A DNA stretch of 59,667 nucleotides, the filler included, from Sphacelaria rigidula (lineage: Eukaryota), in the NCBI GenBank assembly GCA_964200075.2. It is 6 parts of 6 records of this genome, joined end to end, with 100 filler letters (N's around TTAATTAATTAA, not from the genome) between each part and the next. Parts side by side here need not be neighbours in the genome. Positions count along the whole stretch, not along the records: positions 9,963 to 19,824 come from CAXNAA020007608.1; positions 19,925 to 29,785 come from CAXNAA020007609.1; 4 more parts are not named here. One strand, written 5' to 3'. Numbering within the stretch: the first letter of the stretch is position 1; each line of letters starts with the position of its first letter. Shown in pieces: positions 12,729 to 24,723 of this stretch. The notes beneath the pieces were generated by a model. It ran no database searches. It was not told the origin of the DNA and saw only the letters and a list, made by a program, of their open reading frames with translations. The translations under genes were made by a program, and so were the position numbers.

Positions 12729-13167
12729 AAACCCTATAACCTCAACTTCAATATTCAAGTTCGTACGCAAGATAGTCAAACTCGGCTGAGGAAATACTTT
12801 GGTATTCCTAGAGTTGCCCACCCACATGATGCGTGTTGATTCAAGGTCAAACTGCCTCGTCAAACCGTGGCCAGTAGAGTCGCTCATTACTCGATTACTC
12901 GATGATGATGAGTAGCGCTCTGTACTGAAAGTGATATCGAAGGCGGTAAGAGGTATCGCGTATGAACTGCTGTGGGTGGGGGTTGGTGAGATTGGGCGCT
13001 GGGGCAAGTAGGTTCGTTCACCTGCACGCTTCTAGATTGTTTTATGGCCATCATTCGCTCGTACTCCTTGTTGGCTGTGATGTGATGCCGCCCATCTATT
13101 TGATGGCCATCGTTGGCCCATGCATTCAACATAGCCTGTGAACTGACGTCACGAAGTCGCCAACTGT

Positions 13168-13556
13168 TAAGGGTACTCTATACCCAAGCAATACTGAGAG
13201 TGCTAACTCATAATTCGAGTAGAGTATTTGAGGTCGTACTCAACCTACTCAAAATTTGAGTAGGGTATTGAGGGGATACTTGAGTAAGTATTACTGGGAG
13301 GCTATGTGACCATACTTAACCTACTTAAAATTTGAGTAGAGTATTTGAGACCATACTCAACCTACTAAAAATTTGAAGAGAGTATTGGGGGGATACTCAA
13401 GTGATACTCCATACTCAAGTATCACAGAGTGCTTACTCAATATTTGAGTATAGAGTATTTGAGATCGTACTCGATCTACTCGAACGCCGAGGAGAGTAAG
13501 CACTTGAGTATTTCACTCGAGTACTCAAGAGTGCATACTCTACTCGACCTACCCTT
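13168..13556. repeat. Same 41-bp minisatellite family, degenerate array
   Basis: Repeated TTTGAGTAGAGTATT...TACTCAACCTACT. Confidence 0.8.
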
Positions 13557-14257
13557 GGTATATTTGTTTCCCGATGATGTGTCGGAAAAAAAATCGACTG
13601 AAATCGACTTCAATTCCTTCTTGAGTGCCGTATGTGGCTCGAGGCCCTGAGAAGCAGCCACTGCTCTCGACTTTCGTTGCCTTAGGGTGATCCCGCCGGC
13701 TTCTCCCCAACGAATTGATTTCCTCCTCGAAAGCCAGCTTCGCAACCTCGCCTGGACTTCGGTTCATGAGGAAGTTCCTGGATGCGAACGTGTGCCCGAG
13801 ATTTCAGGGTGGGTAGAATCGCATACAGATAACCTACCACAGGACTAACATACATTTACGGATTGATCGACTCCACCAGCGTACGAGATGATGCTTCGAT
13901 GGAGCATACGTTTCGCCCCGTATTGTGCGAGCGCCGATCATGTGAACGAACGAAGCAGTGCGCTCTTCGCGTCTTCAAGATGTGGGGCTGTTGGGTGCTT
14001 GTGGACCGCAAATCTCACGTTGTCTGTTGAGCACTTTCGCTGCAGACGTTCGACTCGATTGCTATTGTTGGATATATCCGACATAAAAAATCTGACTTGA
14101 TCGATACGGATCTCGGATTTACAATACACGGACAAGGTTTTTCGACTAACCGAAGTCTCCAAGGTAACTAATGATACCAGGCGAAACACCTACGCAAGTG
14201 CTTGCTTGCCAGCACGGAACTATTGGATGAATATGTCATGCAACTACAAGATGGACT

Positions 14258-14462
14258 CAACGGTCGACGAGGGAAGGGGACTGACTGCTAAAACCCTCTC
14301 GCGATAAAAAATAGAGAAGCGCCGCAGAAGGAAGGTGGGAAAGAGAAAAAAAATCCTGTGTTGGCAAATCCTCCTGTTGTGACTCCGGCTGTGGCGCCCA
14401 CATATTCATATACCGAAATGTGTAGACCGGGGTCCAGACTAAATTGGACGACAATACACGCA
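14258..14462 (+). mobile_element. SINE family A, 5'-truncated copy
   Basis: Matches the 3' half of 14558-14908 (CGGTCGACGAGG...CCGCAGAAGGAAGGTGG...GACGACAA). Confidence 0.7.
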
Positions 14463-14557
14463 CTAGTTGCTAGTTCCCTGTAGACAACTACCGGATTGGA
14501 TAGCCGAGGAACCCCTTGGATCTAGACTTCTGGTATTTATGCGCGCATAAACAGCTG

Positions 14558-14908
14558 GTCACCCCGGTGGGGTCAGTTGGTGACCTCGAAACCTGACGGT
14601 TGGGTCGTGGGCTCAATTCTCGGGGCGATCTGGGATTGTTTCTCACACCATGCTCAACAGTGGAGAGCGACTATGTCGTTAGTACACAAAATTCGATTTA
14701 GCGGTCGACGACGGAAAGGGACTGCTAGACCCCTCTCGCGATAAAAAAAAAAGGCAAGCACCGCAGAAGGAAGGTGGAGTACTGAAAAAAATAAAAAAGA
14801 AGCTCCCGTGTTGACCTTCCTATTGTGTGACCCCGGCTGGTGCGCCCAAATATACCGAAAGATGTAGACCGGCGTCTAGAATAGATTGGGACGACAACAC
14901 ACACATAT
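14558..14908 (+). mobile_element. tRNA-derived SINE, family A, full-length copy
   Basis: CACCCCGGTGGGGTCAGTTGGTGACCTCGAAACC...GGCTCAATTCTC head, CCGCAGAAGGAAGGTGGAG body, ACACACAC tail. Confidence 0.8.
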
Positions 14909-17578
14909 AATTCGCATGAGCTATGGGTATCTGTTTTTCGGTCTCCCACACTAAAATGAAGTGTAAAGCCTCAGCGGGGTTTCCGCTTCGAAGTGATCCC
15001 TTTTGGACGAGACGCACATTTTCTTGGGGGAAAACGCATAAAAAAGCGAAAACCTACCTGCATCTGAACCAGTGTTGAAAATCTGATATCGATACTCGAT
15101 ACGATTTGGATAATATCGGTCGATACGGCGTATCGGTATCGCCGTATACCAAGCCGATATTTGTTGATTCGTATCAATATCAACATCGATATCGGATATT
15201 GATATGGTTGATATATTAATTAATTATTTTTACCGGGGGGGAAGGGGAGGGGGTGGCAGGCAGCACATCGTCCCACCGCCCATTTCTCCTTGTGTGAAAG
15301 CAAGACGAGAGCGACTGTGGTCAGCCTGCGCTGCTGAGCTGAGTGAAGAAACAACGTACACAGAGGTCTGAAACTTGGAACAATCTTGGTGAACACTATT
15401 ACACCCTTCTCAAGGTGCTTTCACCCCCTATCACATCACAGTTGGAGCTCCCGCACTGCCTCTGCAGTACTTTTGTTTTTGGGTTGCGTTGTGTTCGAAC
15501 TGTCGACTTGCGTGTATACTACACTACTACTGTGTGCCTTGTATGCGCATCTAGTTTGTTTGTTCATCGTCTAGCCGCCTGTAGCTGTTGCTCTGTCATC
15601 TATCCCTGGCGAAATGGGTTCAAGGGCCTCTGATACAATAGACGCTCGCACCCTGCGCCGACTCCGACGCGAACGTACGTGAGCAATAGCACTTGCCCCC
15701 CCACCATCCTCACCTGCTCGTCCCAGCTGCCTATCTGTGGCAACCGCACCAGTAATGATACCCATCTACTCTGTAGCGGATGCGAGACACCATGTAGAGT
15801 TCAATTTATACCGCGACTCTCCTGCCCCATTACATTTTTTCCCACATGAGCTGCCCGTACACTATCAGCCACCAACTCTTCTCTACCACCACCGGCACTA
15901 TATCAGCGCGCATCCTTTCGCTACACCCACCCCACCGCATGTACCGTCGGCCTTTTATTCTTCAGTAGCTAATGTTGACCGTCTCTCGCTGTCTCAAATA
16001 TGCTCACCGTGCAGCACATTTTGTTTTGTGCCCAACCTGGGTGTTGACTGTATATCATCCGACCCCACCCTGTACCATGTATGTGAACCAAACATCCGTG
16101 ATAACACTACAGTACCACCCCGTTCCCAAGGTCCTGTGTGTGTGAGTTCCGAATGGTCTCGGCGGGCAATATATTGCGGACGGCGAGGTACCGTGGTGTG
16201 CATACGTCGTTCCTGCTGCACTATCTGAACGAAATCATCTATCTTGCATTGTAGATATGAACACGGCGCGGATATAGCGGGTGTCGGGTGTTCTTCGTGT
16301 GATACGAACGGATTGACGTCGGTACAGCACCACTAACTCGACCCTCCGCTACCCCACGCATAGATCATATGTACTGTAGTGTGCCACCGTGCACTTTGCT
16401 GTCTGGGCTTTGTACGCTGCTGTTGCACTGCCCTACATATTTGTATTACGGTTGCGCTTGTACATTTATTGCCTGTTTATCTGCACGATGATACGTCATC
16501 GACCCCCGACTCGGCGATTTTCTGCGAACTACGCGGTACTGTACTAAATATCGCCAGCTGCGCTGGTATTGCCTCTAGGCACACGGCATCCGGTAGGTAT
16601 GTTTTCTCAGCCTCAACGTGTTCTCAAAATAGCACTGAGCGGTTTGCCGTTTCTGCTCGCTTCATCCGACACGTCTATTCCTTCGTGGCATGCAGGTTTG
16701 TTCATGCGCTGTTGCGCTGGTGACAGACACTGTATGTCTGTTGATTGTGACAACCTTCGTTCTCTTGTCTCTCGCTGTTACAATTCATTCCAACACACAC
16801 ACATACGGTTCGTTGTGTGCCTTCGACATATATATATATATATATATTTCCCTTCCGTCTGCACCTTATAAAAAAGGTGATAGGCCGCTCCATGTGCGGA
16901 GTACGCGGACCTACATGTAGATCGGAAACTGTCGACAGTACCCTGCCACTATGTTCATTTAATTTTTGTTCGCTCCGCCTCAGTCCTCAACAACTGTGCT
17001 GTCTCCCACGACGAAGCGTAACACTTCTACTTCAAACCCTATTGTCGACCACAGGTCCACAATCGGGCCCCAACAACCTTCAACAACAAACCGCGGCAAT
17101 ATGTTTTCTTTCACTCAGCCAGTGCACCATCACCACTTGACGAAATCCTCGTTGGCCAGCGTGGGTTCTCGCTTGTGGTGTGGGTACGCTAGCTTTGACC
17201 GCTCTGTCATGATGGGTTCCATGACAGCACGGTCCCGTGCAACATGGCATGACTCCCAAATGCGCTGTAACCAACCCCAGTGTTTTCATACTGGATCTGA
17301 TCACCCAGTTGTATTTCCGAGTGGTAGTAATCAATGCCAGTTGGATCCGATCGCCCCGCGGAATCGACAGTCGTGTCGCGTAGCGCCTACCGCATTAGAA
17401 TCAGGAGCATCTTCTGATACGGTGGCCGCTACCCCTCCGATCGTTCATCGTAGGATGAAACGTTTACAGAGACTTTCTAGCCCCGAGAAGGGCTCAGGAG
17501 TCCAGTCGAACCCGGTAACACACGCGTGCGAAATTCCGCGTGTGCCCGGTCCCCTTTTTTTGGTGAGCGTAATTCATC

Positions 17579-18991
17579 GTGCACTACGCGCGCCAGTGCC
17601 GAACCCTTGCTTTCCGTAGCTCAGCGGTTGGGAAGGAACCCCAAGCGACAGTGCCGACCAAGCACCACGCGTGTAGCCGCGAACGGACTGACCTTGTCAA
17701 CTTCCCAAAAGCCCCTGGAACAGCCGGCTCTAGAATGCGCTATACGCGACAGCAGGAGAGGGCTCTTCCGGATGAAACTGTAAATAAACCTGTAGTTGCC
17801 GCTGCATCCGCCCACCAAGAAGGTGCCCGGGTGCCGGGCACAGCGGATGAAGGCCTTGTCGTAGAACAGGTCGGTGTTTCCCAGATCCCGAGCAGATCAG
17901 CACCGCTTCCTGCCGACCCCTCGGAATCTATGTTGGAGAATAAAGTAGCGTTGACAACTGTTGGGACAGTCAAACCGCTGCGCCCTGCATGTATGTCTCA
18001 TGGTTCCGGACAAACCCCGGAGGTGCCGTCCAAATTGCAGTCCAACCAGGACTGTTTCTCCCCTGTTTCTCACAGCTCCAAACAAATATCGCAAACATCC
18101 ACATCCACTTCCTTTCCTAGGCGTCGTCCATCCCTGACTGTGTACGAAATCCAACATTCGTCCACTGCACCACTCGCCATGCAAACCCCCCCGTGCCACA
18201 ACGGCCCTTCGGAAAACACATTTGCTCCGGAGGATCAATCTCGAGTCTATTTTAGTACCATTGCCCAGCAACACAAGAGCGATGTGGCTGCAGTTCACTT
18301 GTCGGAATACGGACCCGACTTGGTAAGTGGAACTGCACTCATGGATGACGCCTCATTCACAACCCGAATAGGTATACATAGTGGAGTGCATGCAACAGGC
18401 CCTTTGACGGCCGTTGCCCTGCCCGACACTGGCTCGCCACAAACTTTAATCACAGCCAGCTGCTGGCAACACGTGATGAACGCTGGCGCAGCAGATAAAC
18501 ATTGCCTTTCTACTGTTCCGCCTCGTGTTTTTGGCGGGTTTGGTTCCTCCACTCCCCTTACGGTTGATCAATCAGTACGACTCAGTGTGCAATTCTTCGA
18601 TGACACGGGTCCCACCGCACGATTACCTGCGTGGGCACTCATTGTGCCCGATGGTTCAATGTCGGTTAATGTTCTCTTGGGACGTGAAAGCTGGCTACGT
18701 TTTTCCACACATACATACACGACAAACTCACCTGTTTTGAACCGACCACTGACAGGCAGGTTGAAATTGGGACATCACGACGCGGATCCAGGGTCTCAGG
18801 CCTATGTCGATGACCCAACACAAACAGGTGATTCTTTTCGACTGTATTATGTTGGAGACCACGACGTCTCTCTGTCCCGTGAACCTCAACACATTCATGT
18901 GAATCTTGTGAGACGGAACGGATCCCCCGCCCTCACTGGACAGTACTTGGTCGGCTTAACCAATCCCACGGTATTCCCCCCTTTGATCTGA
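17579..18991 (+). pseudogene. Gypsy gag-end/aspartic protease coding segment
   Basis: Retropepsin motifs VALPDTGSPQTLIT and VLLGRESWL in a 470-aa ORF. Confidence 0.8.
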
Positions 18992-19755
18992 CCGATGTAT
19001 TTGTCCATGAGGGTCGGCAATTCATACCCCTCACGTCCTCTGCATGTCTCGATGTCCTCCCTGGTCAGTTGTTGGGTTTTGCTCAAGCGCCCCTCCTACG
19101 GGCAGCCTTGTCCAATGTATGTCTAAAGGTGCCACCGCAAACATCATCAGACAGCTCGGAGACAAACAGTTCCACTTCGTTCGACAAGACTGACCCCATG
19201 GTTGTAGACGAATCGACTGGTGAGCCTGGCACGAACCCTCCGACTGCCTTACTAGATACATTCTCGCCAGAGCAACGTGTTAGTTTTCATCGATTATGGG
19301 ATGAAATTCCCCCCCATTTGAGACACATTGCGTTTGATTTATCTGGTGAGGGTTGGACACCCGCGGTGACTGATCGGTTGCGCTCCATCTTAATACGATA
19401 CTCTGAACGATTTTCCAAATCGTCAACAGATTTAGGCCGCTGCAACACTATACCGTTCAAAATCAACATTCCTAATGGTACGACACCTATCGCCATGCGT
19501 CCGTACCGTACAAACCCTCTTCTAGCGGGAAAAATTCAAGTAATTCTCGACGAATACTTGTCCGCCGGGTTGATACGGCACTCAACGTCTCCGTGGGCCG
19601 CGCCTTTGGTAGTCGTCCGGAAGAAGCATGGTAAGATCCGACTGACCGTCAATTATCAACAATTGAACGCAGTCACCAAAATCGCACGTCTCCCTCTTCC
19701 CCGGATAGATGAAATCATCGACTCCCTCGGCGGGGGAAAAGTGTTTTCGAACTTC
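18979..19755 (+). pseudogene. Gypsy pol: linker and N-terminal reverse transcriptase, truncated before the first catalytic Asp
   Basis: PIAMRPYRTNP...ILDEYLSAGLIRHSTSPWAAPLVVVRKKHGKIRLTVNYQQLNAVT...LPLPRIDEIIDSLGGGKVFSNF; lies in the -1 frame relative to the protease ORF. Confidence 0.9.
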
Positions 19756-19824
19756 TGTCGTGGTCTGATCTCGAGGTGATACTGGCTTCACTCTCGAAGG
19801 ACATGCTAGGCCAGGGATGACACG

Positions 19825-19924
19825 NNNNNNNNNNNNNNNNNNNNNNNNNNNNNNNNNNNNNNNNNNNNTTAATTAATTAANNNNNNNNNNNNNNNNNNNN
19901 NNNNNNNNNNNNNNNNNNNNNNNN
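19825..19924. other. Artificial contig-joining spacer
   Basis: Same 100-bp N/TTAATTAATTAA/N linker. Confidence 0.99.
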
Positions 19925-19960
<36 letters not shown>

Positions 19961-19962
<2 letters not shown>

Positions 19963-20436
19963 TTACCGCACCCGGCAGTTCTCCAAAGTCTGTAAGACTT
20001 TCATATCGGTACTCGACAGTTCTCTGAACTCTGGAAGACTTTCATACCCTTACCCGATAGTTCTATGAGTTCTGTAAGCCTCCCGTACCGTTACCGGGGG
20101 GCACGTGTATGCTCTCGATACGATACCCAATCGCGGGTACGGTGTTCTGTGCAACCTCCATGCCCTACCCGACAGTTTCTGTGAGTTCTGTAAATCTACC
20201 ATATCTTTCCCGGACAGTTCTGTGAGTTCTGTACAAAATGTGTACCCGTATCGGGAGCGCGGGTATGCCCTTGAAGAAATACCCGGTTGCCGGTACGGTT
20301 TTCTGTAAGCCTCGCATACCCCACCTCACAATCTCTGTATTTTCCGTAAGACTTTCAAACAGGTACCCGATATATAAGTTCGGTAAAGATTCTCGTACCC
20401 TACAGAACATACCCGTACCCTGCAGAACACAACCTT
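19961..20436. repeat. Degenerate minisatellite of about 40 bp following (TAA)n
   Basis: Repeated TACCCGACAGTTCTGTGAGTTCTGTAAG-like units; (TAA)12 at 19925-19960. Confidence 0.75.
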
Positions 20437-20885
20437 GAAAATTTGAGTAGAGTACAATAATCGTACTCAATCTACCCAAAATTTGGGTAGAGTATTGAGG
20501 TCAAACCCAAGTGATACTCTATACCCAGGTATTGCCAAGATTCCTACCAAAATTTGGGTAACGTATTTGAGGCCGTACCGAATCTACCCAAAATTTGGTT
20601 GTAGTTACAAAATCGTACCCCAAATACCCGAAATTCGGGTAGAGTGTTAAGGTCATACCCGGGTAATACTCTGTACTTAGGTATTGCTGAGAGTGCTTAC
20701 CCAATATTTGGGTACAGTTTTGAGATCATGCGCAATCTACCAAAAACTTGGGTAGAATATTTGAGGTCGTACCCAATAAATCCAAAATTTGGGTGGTGGT
20801 TGAGGCCGTCTCCTACCTACCCAAATCTTGGGGTAGAGTAAATACACTGGGTGTTTTACCCGAGTCTTCAAAAGTACATACCCTG
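20437..20885. repeat. Variant (TACCC/GGGTA) array of the 41-bp minisatellite
   Basis: Repeated TACCCAAAATTTGGGTAGAGTATTGAGG. Confidence 0.8.
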
Positions 20886-20989
20886 CCCCACTTGCCCCTC
20901 GAGGTTTCTGAGGCTACAAACTAAGGCCCAGATATTCGTCTTCGAGAGGCTCCTAAAGTGAAGAGCCTCGGAAGAAAAATTGTCCACCC

Positions 20990-21625
20990 CTACCGTAGCA
21001 GAGCAGCGTGGGCGTGGATCAGGAAGTCCTCCCTGGAGCTCTCTGACCGACCGAAAGCACCGTGGAGGCTCAAGGTCCGACTACTGAAGGCGGAGGCGAT
21101 AGAGACCCTACTACTGCGCGGATGCATGACGTGGGCCCCGCGCCGCGAACATTACAAGACGGTCCCAACGAGCCACCATCGGCTCCTCCTGCGAGTCAGC
21201 GGGTACCACCGCGTGCGTGGCACATACCGACAGCTTTCGTACGTCCAGGCCCTCAAGAAGACCGGAGGCCGAAGTCCTGAAGCCATCGTCCGGCAACGGA
21301 GACTACTGTTCGCGGGAGTCGCGACTAGACAACCAGACGGACGACTACCGAAGCGACTGGCATTCGGAACACTTGTGGCGGGGGGGAGGATCTAGGACCA
21401 GGGTGCTCGGAGAAAAATTGGCTGAAGTGCCCGAGGGATCACCTCCAAGCTTTGGGAGCCACAGACGTCTCTACGGGCGACAATCAATAGGCGTTTGGAT
21501 TTGAAAGTGTCCTCTGGCCCTCAGCAACGAAGAGGGAGGGAGGCATACCGTGGCACGCGGGGGCGCTGCAGGGAGCGGACAGGTTTATGACCTCATGGCA
21601 CAAGAACGACGAGGAGGCCAGGCGA
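20990..21625 (+). mobile_element. RTE-type non-LTR retrotransposon (LINE) ORF C-terminal fragment, decayed
   Basis: AW...ELSDRPKAPWRLKVRLLKAEAIETLL.RGCMTW...HHRLLLRVSG...LSYVQALKKTG...VRQRRLLFAG...RLPKRLAFG is typical of the post-RT region of RTE elements; stops and frameshifts follow. Confidence 0.85.
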
Positions 21626-22249
21626 AAAATATATGCTCAACCCTTTTGGAACTGTTGATGGAAAAGTGACGATTTACAGACTCCCGTATGAGAGCTTTCG
21701 TCACTAGCAAAACGTCACTTCGAGTTCGGTGCACGAATCCGTCACAAATGAGTATGCTTGGACTGAGAATGGTGCCCCGTTTCGGTGGGCTGCATCATCA
21801 ACACTTGCAGAAAAACAACAATCATATCTTGCCTAAGAAAACGTCACTTGTAAATCGTCACTTTTCCATTAACGGTTCCAAAATAGTTTAGCGGGACGCC
21901 AGCAAACCAACACAACAGTGACGATGGCTCTGAGGAGGGAGGGGGATAACCAGGGGAATACGCGAAGAATGGCTCAAATTGAAGATACCAATGAAACCCA
22001 CGAGAGCAAGAGGAGGACGGCAAAACGTGTAGCCAGGTGTGTACCGGACTGAACATGGAAATGGCAGGAATTCTCTACAACCCCTCATGTCTTTCTGTTT
22101 CTTACTAACCCCTGTCTTCTTTTGTACCCCTCCCTCGCGGTGGTGTGTTGCTACGTTTTTTTCCCCTGCTACGCCTAGTATTTTCAAACGTATGGTTGTC
22201 CCCTTAGAGGTACAAGGATAGAATCATGCGATTCTTATTGCTATGCTTA

Positions 22250-22779
22250 CAGCAGTGGGCGGTCTAACCATTTCGGGGTGTTTTGGGCATTTTCTCGGGT
22301 ACTAATCTTCGATAGAACTCGAGATTACTAGCGTCGGTAGATTTTGGTACAATAAAAAGATCATTGTCGAAACACAGTGCCCAGGTCAGCGAAACAAGCA
22401 AATACCCCCGTTTATCAGGAGGGTGTTATTGACCGTGAAACACTGTTTTCCGGCCCTAGTGCAATGGGTAAGCAGAATTTCTAAAAAATAGAACTGTACA
22501 TTTCTTCACAAATATGATCGGGACAGGCTCGATCGACCGAAAATACAGAAGGGTAAGAATCTGGGCTGAAACGTGGCAGGACCCCCTATGACCGGTCAGC
22601 CCGTAAGTCACTCAATATTGAGTACTGCTGTTTTTTCTTCTTGGAATGCGGAGTGGATACAAATATCTTCGGATTCCCGATATGATGGGCGGTGACAAGC
22701 GGAAAGAGCCCGGGAAAATCGCCAATTACGAAAAAATCACAAAATTACACAAAATGAATAGTTAGACCGCCCACTACTG
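22250..22779. mobile_element. 530-bp Tc1/mariner-type MITE
   Basis: TA|CAGCAGTGGGCGGTCTAAC...GTTAGACCGCCCACTACTG|TA; the internal part recurs at about 10255-10590. Confidence 0.8.
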
Positions 22780-23127
22780 TAGTGATCTCTGGTTCCTGGG
22801 TTTGGCTCAATTTCTGTTCGGCCTCGCGTGTTGGGCTCTGCCTCTAGTAGTGCGAATGGTCGTGTGCGGCCCCGGGAATGATGAGCCTTAGTAGTATTTA
22901 GTATATCATATTTTTCATCTTATTTTGCACCGCGTCTGTGTGAATTTCCAGGGTCCTAGTTTATTCTGATTTGATTTCATCATACAGTACTTCATTCGGG
23001 GTAGTTAGCCTGTGACCATGAAAGGCGTCCGCATCAGATGCTCAGTACGGAGTACTACGCAGATATAGGAACGTTTTTTTTGTGTGAAGACAGCAATAAC
23101 AACAACAACAACGACAACGACAACAAC

Positions 23128-23780
23128 AGTCTACACCTTTCGATATACGTGGGCGCATCAGCCGGGGTCACACAGGAAGGTCAACAAAGGAGCTTGTTTT
23201 CCAGTTTCTAATTTGTTTTAGCAGTCGCCGCGCCCCGGTGGTGTAATTGTCCAACTGTCGCCATTAGGGTGGGGAGAAGGAGGGTTCGATTCCAGATGCG
23301 TTGGATTTCGTTCTTCGTAGTATCTGATTTCCACCGTGGAAAGCGTGAGAACGTGAGTAAACGAAGTAGTTGACTGAGGTTGTTTGACGTGAGTTGACGC
23401 GGTGCGGGAGTGCCGACCCAATCCGCGAGACCAAAATGTAGAGCGCGTACCGGGGGAGAGATGGCTTGATCCCTTGAGACCACGTACTCATCCCGAGGAA
23501 GGGGAGGGGTTCAAAGTGCGACTAATAATATGAAAAAGAAAAAGATAGCACTCCACCTTCCTTCGGCGGTGCGTCCCCTTCCTTATATCGCGGGAAGAGT
23601 TCAGCGGCCCATTTTCCCTCGTCGAACGTGAAGTTGAACTTTGTGTACTCACGACACAGTCGCTCTCCACTGTTCGGCATGATGTGATAAAATTTCTCAG
23701 ATTACGTTATATCAACGAAATTCGAACCTACGTCCCAGCCGTCAGGAGGTTTCGAGGTTATCCACTGAGCGACCAGGGCC
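23128..23780 (-). mobile_element. SINE family A copy interrupted by a second SINE
   Basis: 3' part at 23128-23226 and 5' part at 23546-23780 (GAAATTCGAACC...GGTTTCGAGG) flank a 319-bp insert. Confidence 0.7.
23227..23545 (+). mobile_element. tRNA-derived SINE, family B
   Basis: A box TGGTGTAATTG, B box GGTTCGATTCC, A-rich tail AATAATATGAAAAAGAAAAAGA; flanked by TAGCAGTC/TAGCACTC, a 7/8 target-site duplication. Confidence 0.65.
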
Positions 23781-24723
23781 ACTGTTGCCCGAATTTCCCA
23801 CGGCAACAACATTTCATTCATCTGGACAACCAACCACTGAGCGGATTCTTGTGCTGCTTGATTTGTTCTTTCGAGAACATACGAGAGCAACGGTACGATG
23901 CCTACTATTGGGACCACCTCTCTGCAACTCTCGCAAAACGAGCGAGAAACACCCGTGGTTGACGTGAAGACATTGAAAAAAAGGAGTCGGGTTCACGCGA
24001 ACCGGGTGACAAAGATCCATGCTTGAACACGCCGTGTTTTCGTCATACTCTAATGCTACACCTATTTCGAGAGGGTCTTATCGCCTAAAGGGGCGAGCAG
24101 CGGGTCGCTTCTGTACTCAACATTCGACCCAAAACGTTTTACGTAGCTCGGGGATGATCAACGCACAGGTGGGGTACACGAGACGCAGGTACATGAGCTA
24201 CTGTGCCCCAATCCTCGTGTGCGTTCCGAAACGTGGGACAACACCCTCACCGGTTCTTGAGCCTCTCCCATCTCACTGCCAGTGGCGCCTTGCCTTGTGC
24301 CTTCAGCTGAGTGTACGACTGTCGACAAAATGGAAAGGAGTTCGTAGACGGTTCAACAGGCTCGGAATAAGGGAGTGGATAATAATATGTCGTATCATAG
24401 GGGAGTGGGTGGCCTATCGTGTCGTGCGACGATCGACCATCAGGTGATTTTACGGTCTCAACCACCATCGGTAACTCTATCTTGCTCACGATACTCCTTG
24501 GCGACCACTAGAGTAACGTGTCGCTTCAAATACGCGGTTGAAATCTAATGGTTTTGTCCTCACACATCCAACCTCTCCGCTCCTTCCGGACGAGTCATGG
24601 TCTCAAGAGCTCAACTCATCTCTCCCCTGGGACACGTCCTAATATATAGCATCGCAGATTAGCACCCCTGGACCATGTCGATTCTAGCCCCCCCCCAAAA
24701 ATACTAGCGTTTTCACGTATTCA

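Larger units (their letters stand above)
15240..19755 (+). mobile_element. Ty3/Gypsy LTR retrotransposon remnant (possible 5' LTR end/PBS, decayed gag-like region, protease, truncated RT)
   Basis: Retropepsin and Gypsy RT motifs lie downstream. ...ATCACA at 15440 followed after 2 nt by TGGAGCTCCC resembles an LTR end plus PBS (weak). The 5' boundary is approximate. Confidence 0.75.

Noticed and set aside
12730..13135. hAT dimerisation-like peptide on the minus strand (FDLESTRIMWVGN...FPQPSLTILRTNL)
   Set aside because: Resemblance is too weak to call without a profile search.
12565..13556. CRISPR-like array of palindromic repeats
   Set aside because: The sequence between palindromes is itself repeated (no unique spacers), there are no cas genes, and the context is eukaryotic; it is a minisatellite.
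24195..24230. Tyrosine recombinase-like motif FGTHTRIGAQ on the minus strand
   Set aside because: Short, imperfect match to H-x-x-R-x-G; surrounding frames have stops and no other recombinase motifs.
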